From a phage: 64,000 bases of DNA. Both the position numbers and the translations under genes were made by a program. The notes under the pieces were generated by a model. That model did no database searches. It worked only from the letters and a program-made list of their open reading frames with translations, and was not told the origin of the DNA. The stretch is from the sequence record PX104379.1; one strand, written 5' to 3'. Positions within the stretch are counted from its first letter, which is position 1. Each line of letters begins with the position of its first letter. Of this stretch, positions 63,849 through 64,000 are shown piece by piece.

Positions 63849-64000
63849 TTAAAACTTAACAAATAACTTTAAAGCATCTTCAGTTTTAATTCCTTTTCTT
63901 ACACCCATAACAGAAATTGGCTGTGACTGAAATTTTCCTTTACCATTATAAATTTCTAATCCAGTAACCATTCCATTTTGTTCTATAATACCGTAAGTAT
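63849..64000 (-). CDS. 3' end of a minus-strand gene entering from beyond the window (C-terminus ...GVRKGIKTEDALKLFVKF); hypothetical protein, partial
   Basis: Hand translation of the reverse strand; open frame to the window edge. Confidence 0.35.
   Translation of the reverse strand, partial: TYGIIEQNGMVTGLEIYNGKGKFQSQPISVMGVRKGIKTEDALKLFVKF

Overview
This window reads as a contiguous ~64 kb segment of a T4-like (T-even, Tequatrovirus-type) myovirus genome, identified by eye from protein recognition and gene order; no search was run. It is almost entirely coding and tightly packed, with two minus-strand early/middle blocks (1..19529 and 29880..64000) flanking a plus-strand late tail-fibre block (19619..29879). 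Left block: rIII, 31, cd, pseT, alc, rnlA(63), denA, nrdB, nrdA, td, frd, 32, 59, 33, dsbA, rnh. Plus block: long tail fibre genes 34-35-36-37-38 and holin t. Right block: asiA, arn, motA, 52, ac, stp, ndd, denB, rIIB, rIIA, 39, dexA, dda, srd, modA, modB, soc, 56, 61, sp, dmd, 41, 40, uvsX, 42, imm. Regulatory signals fit the coding layout: T4 late promoters (TATAAATA), early promoters (GTTTAC -35 with A-rich upstream element), MotA-box middle promoters, UUCG-tetraloop terminators and the gene 32 translational operator. The phage is not T4 itself. Relative to T4 as I recall it, gene 39 is unsplit, td and nrdB lack introns, segF is absent, an HNH-NUMOD3 endonuclease plus a divergent small membrane ORF sit where T4 carries dam, a GT-A-like glycosyltransferase sits where T4 carries beta-gt, an extra ORF lies between frd and td, and gp37 has an expanded repeat/His-box tip. 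I found no CRISPR array, rRNA or tRNA, and no clearly novel multi-gene system; the most interesting loci are these mosaic insertions and replacements. Coordinates of features I called myself (small ORFs, promoters, hairpins) are hand-counted and may be off by a few nt.
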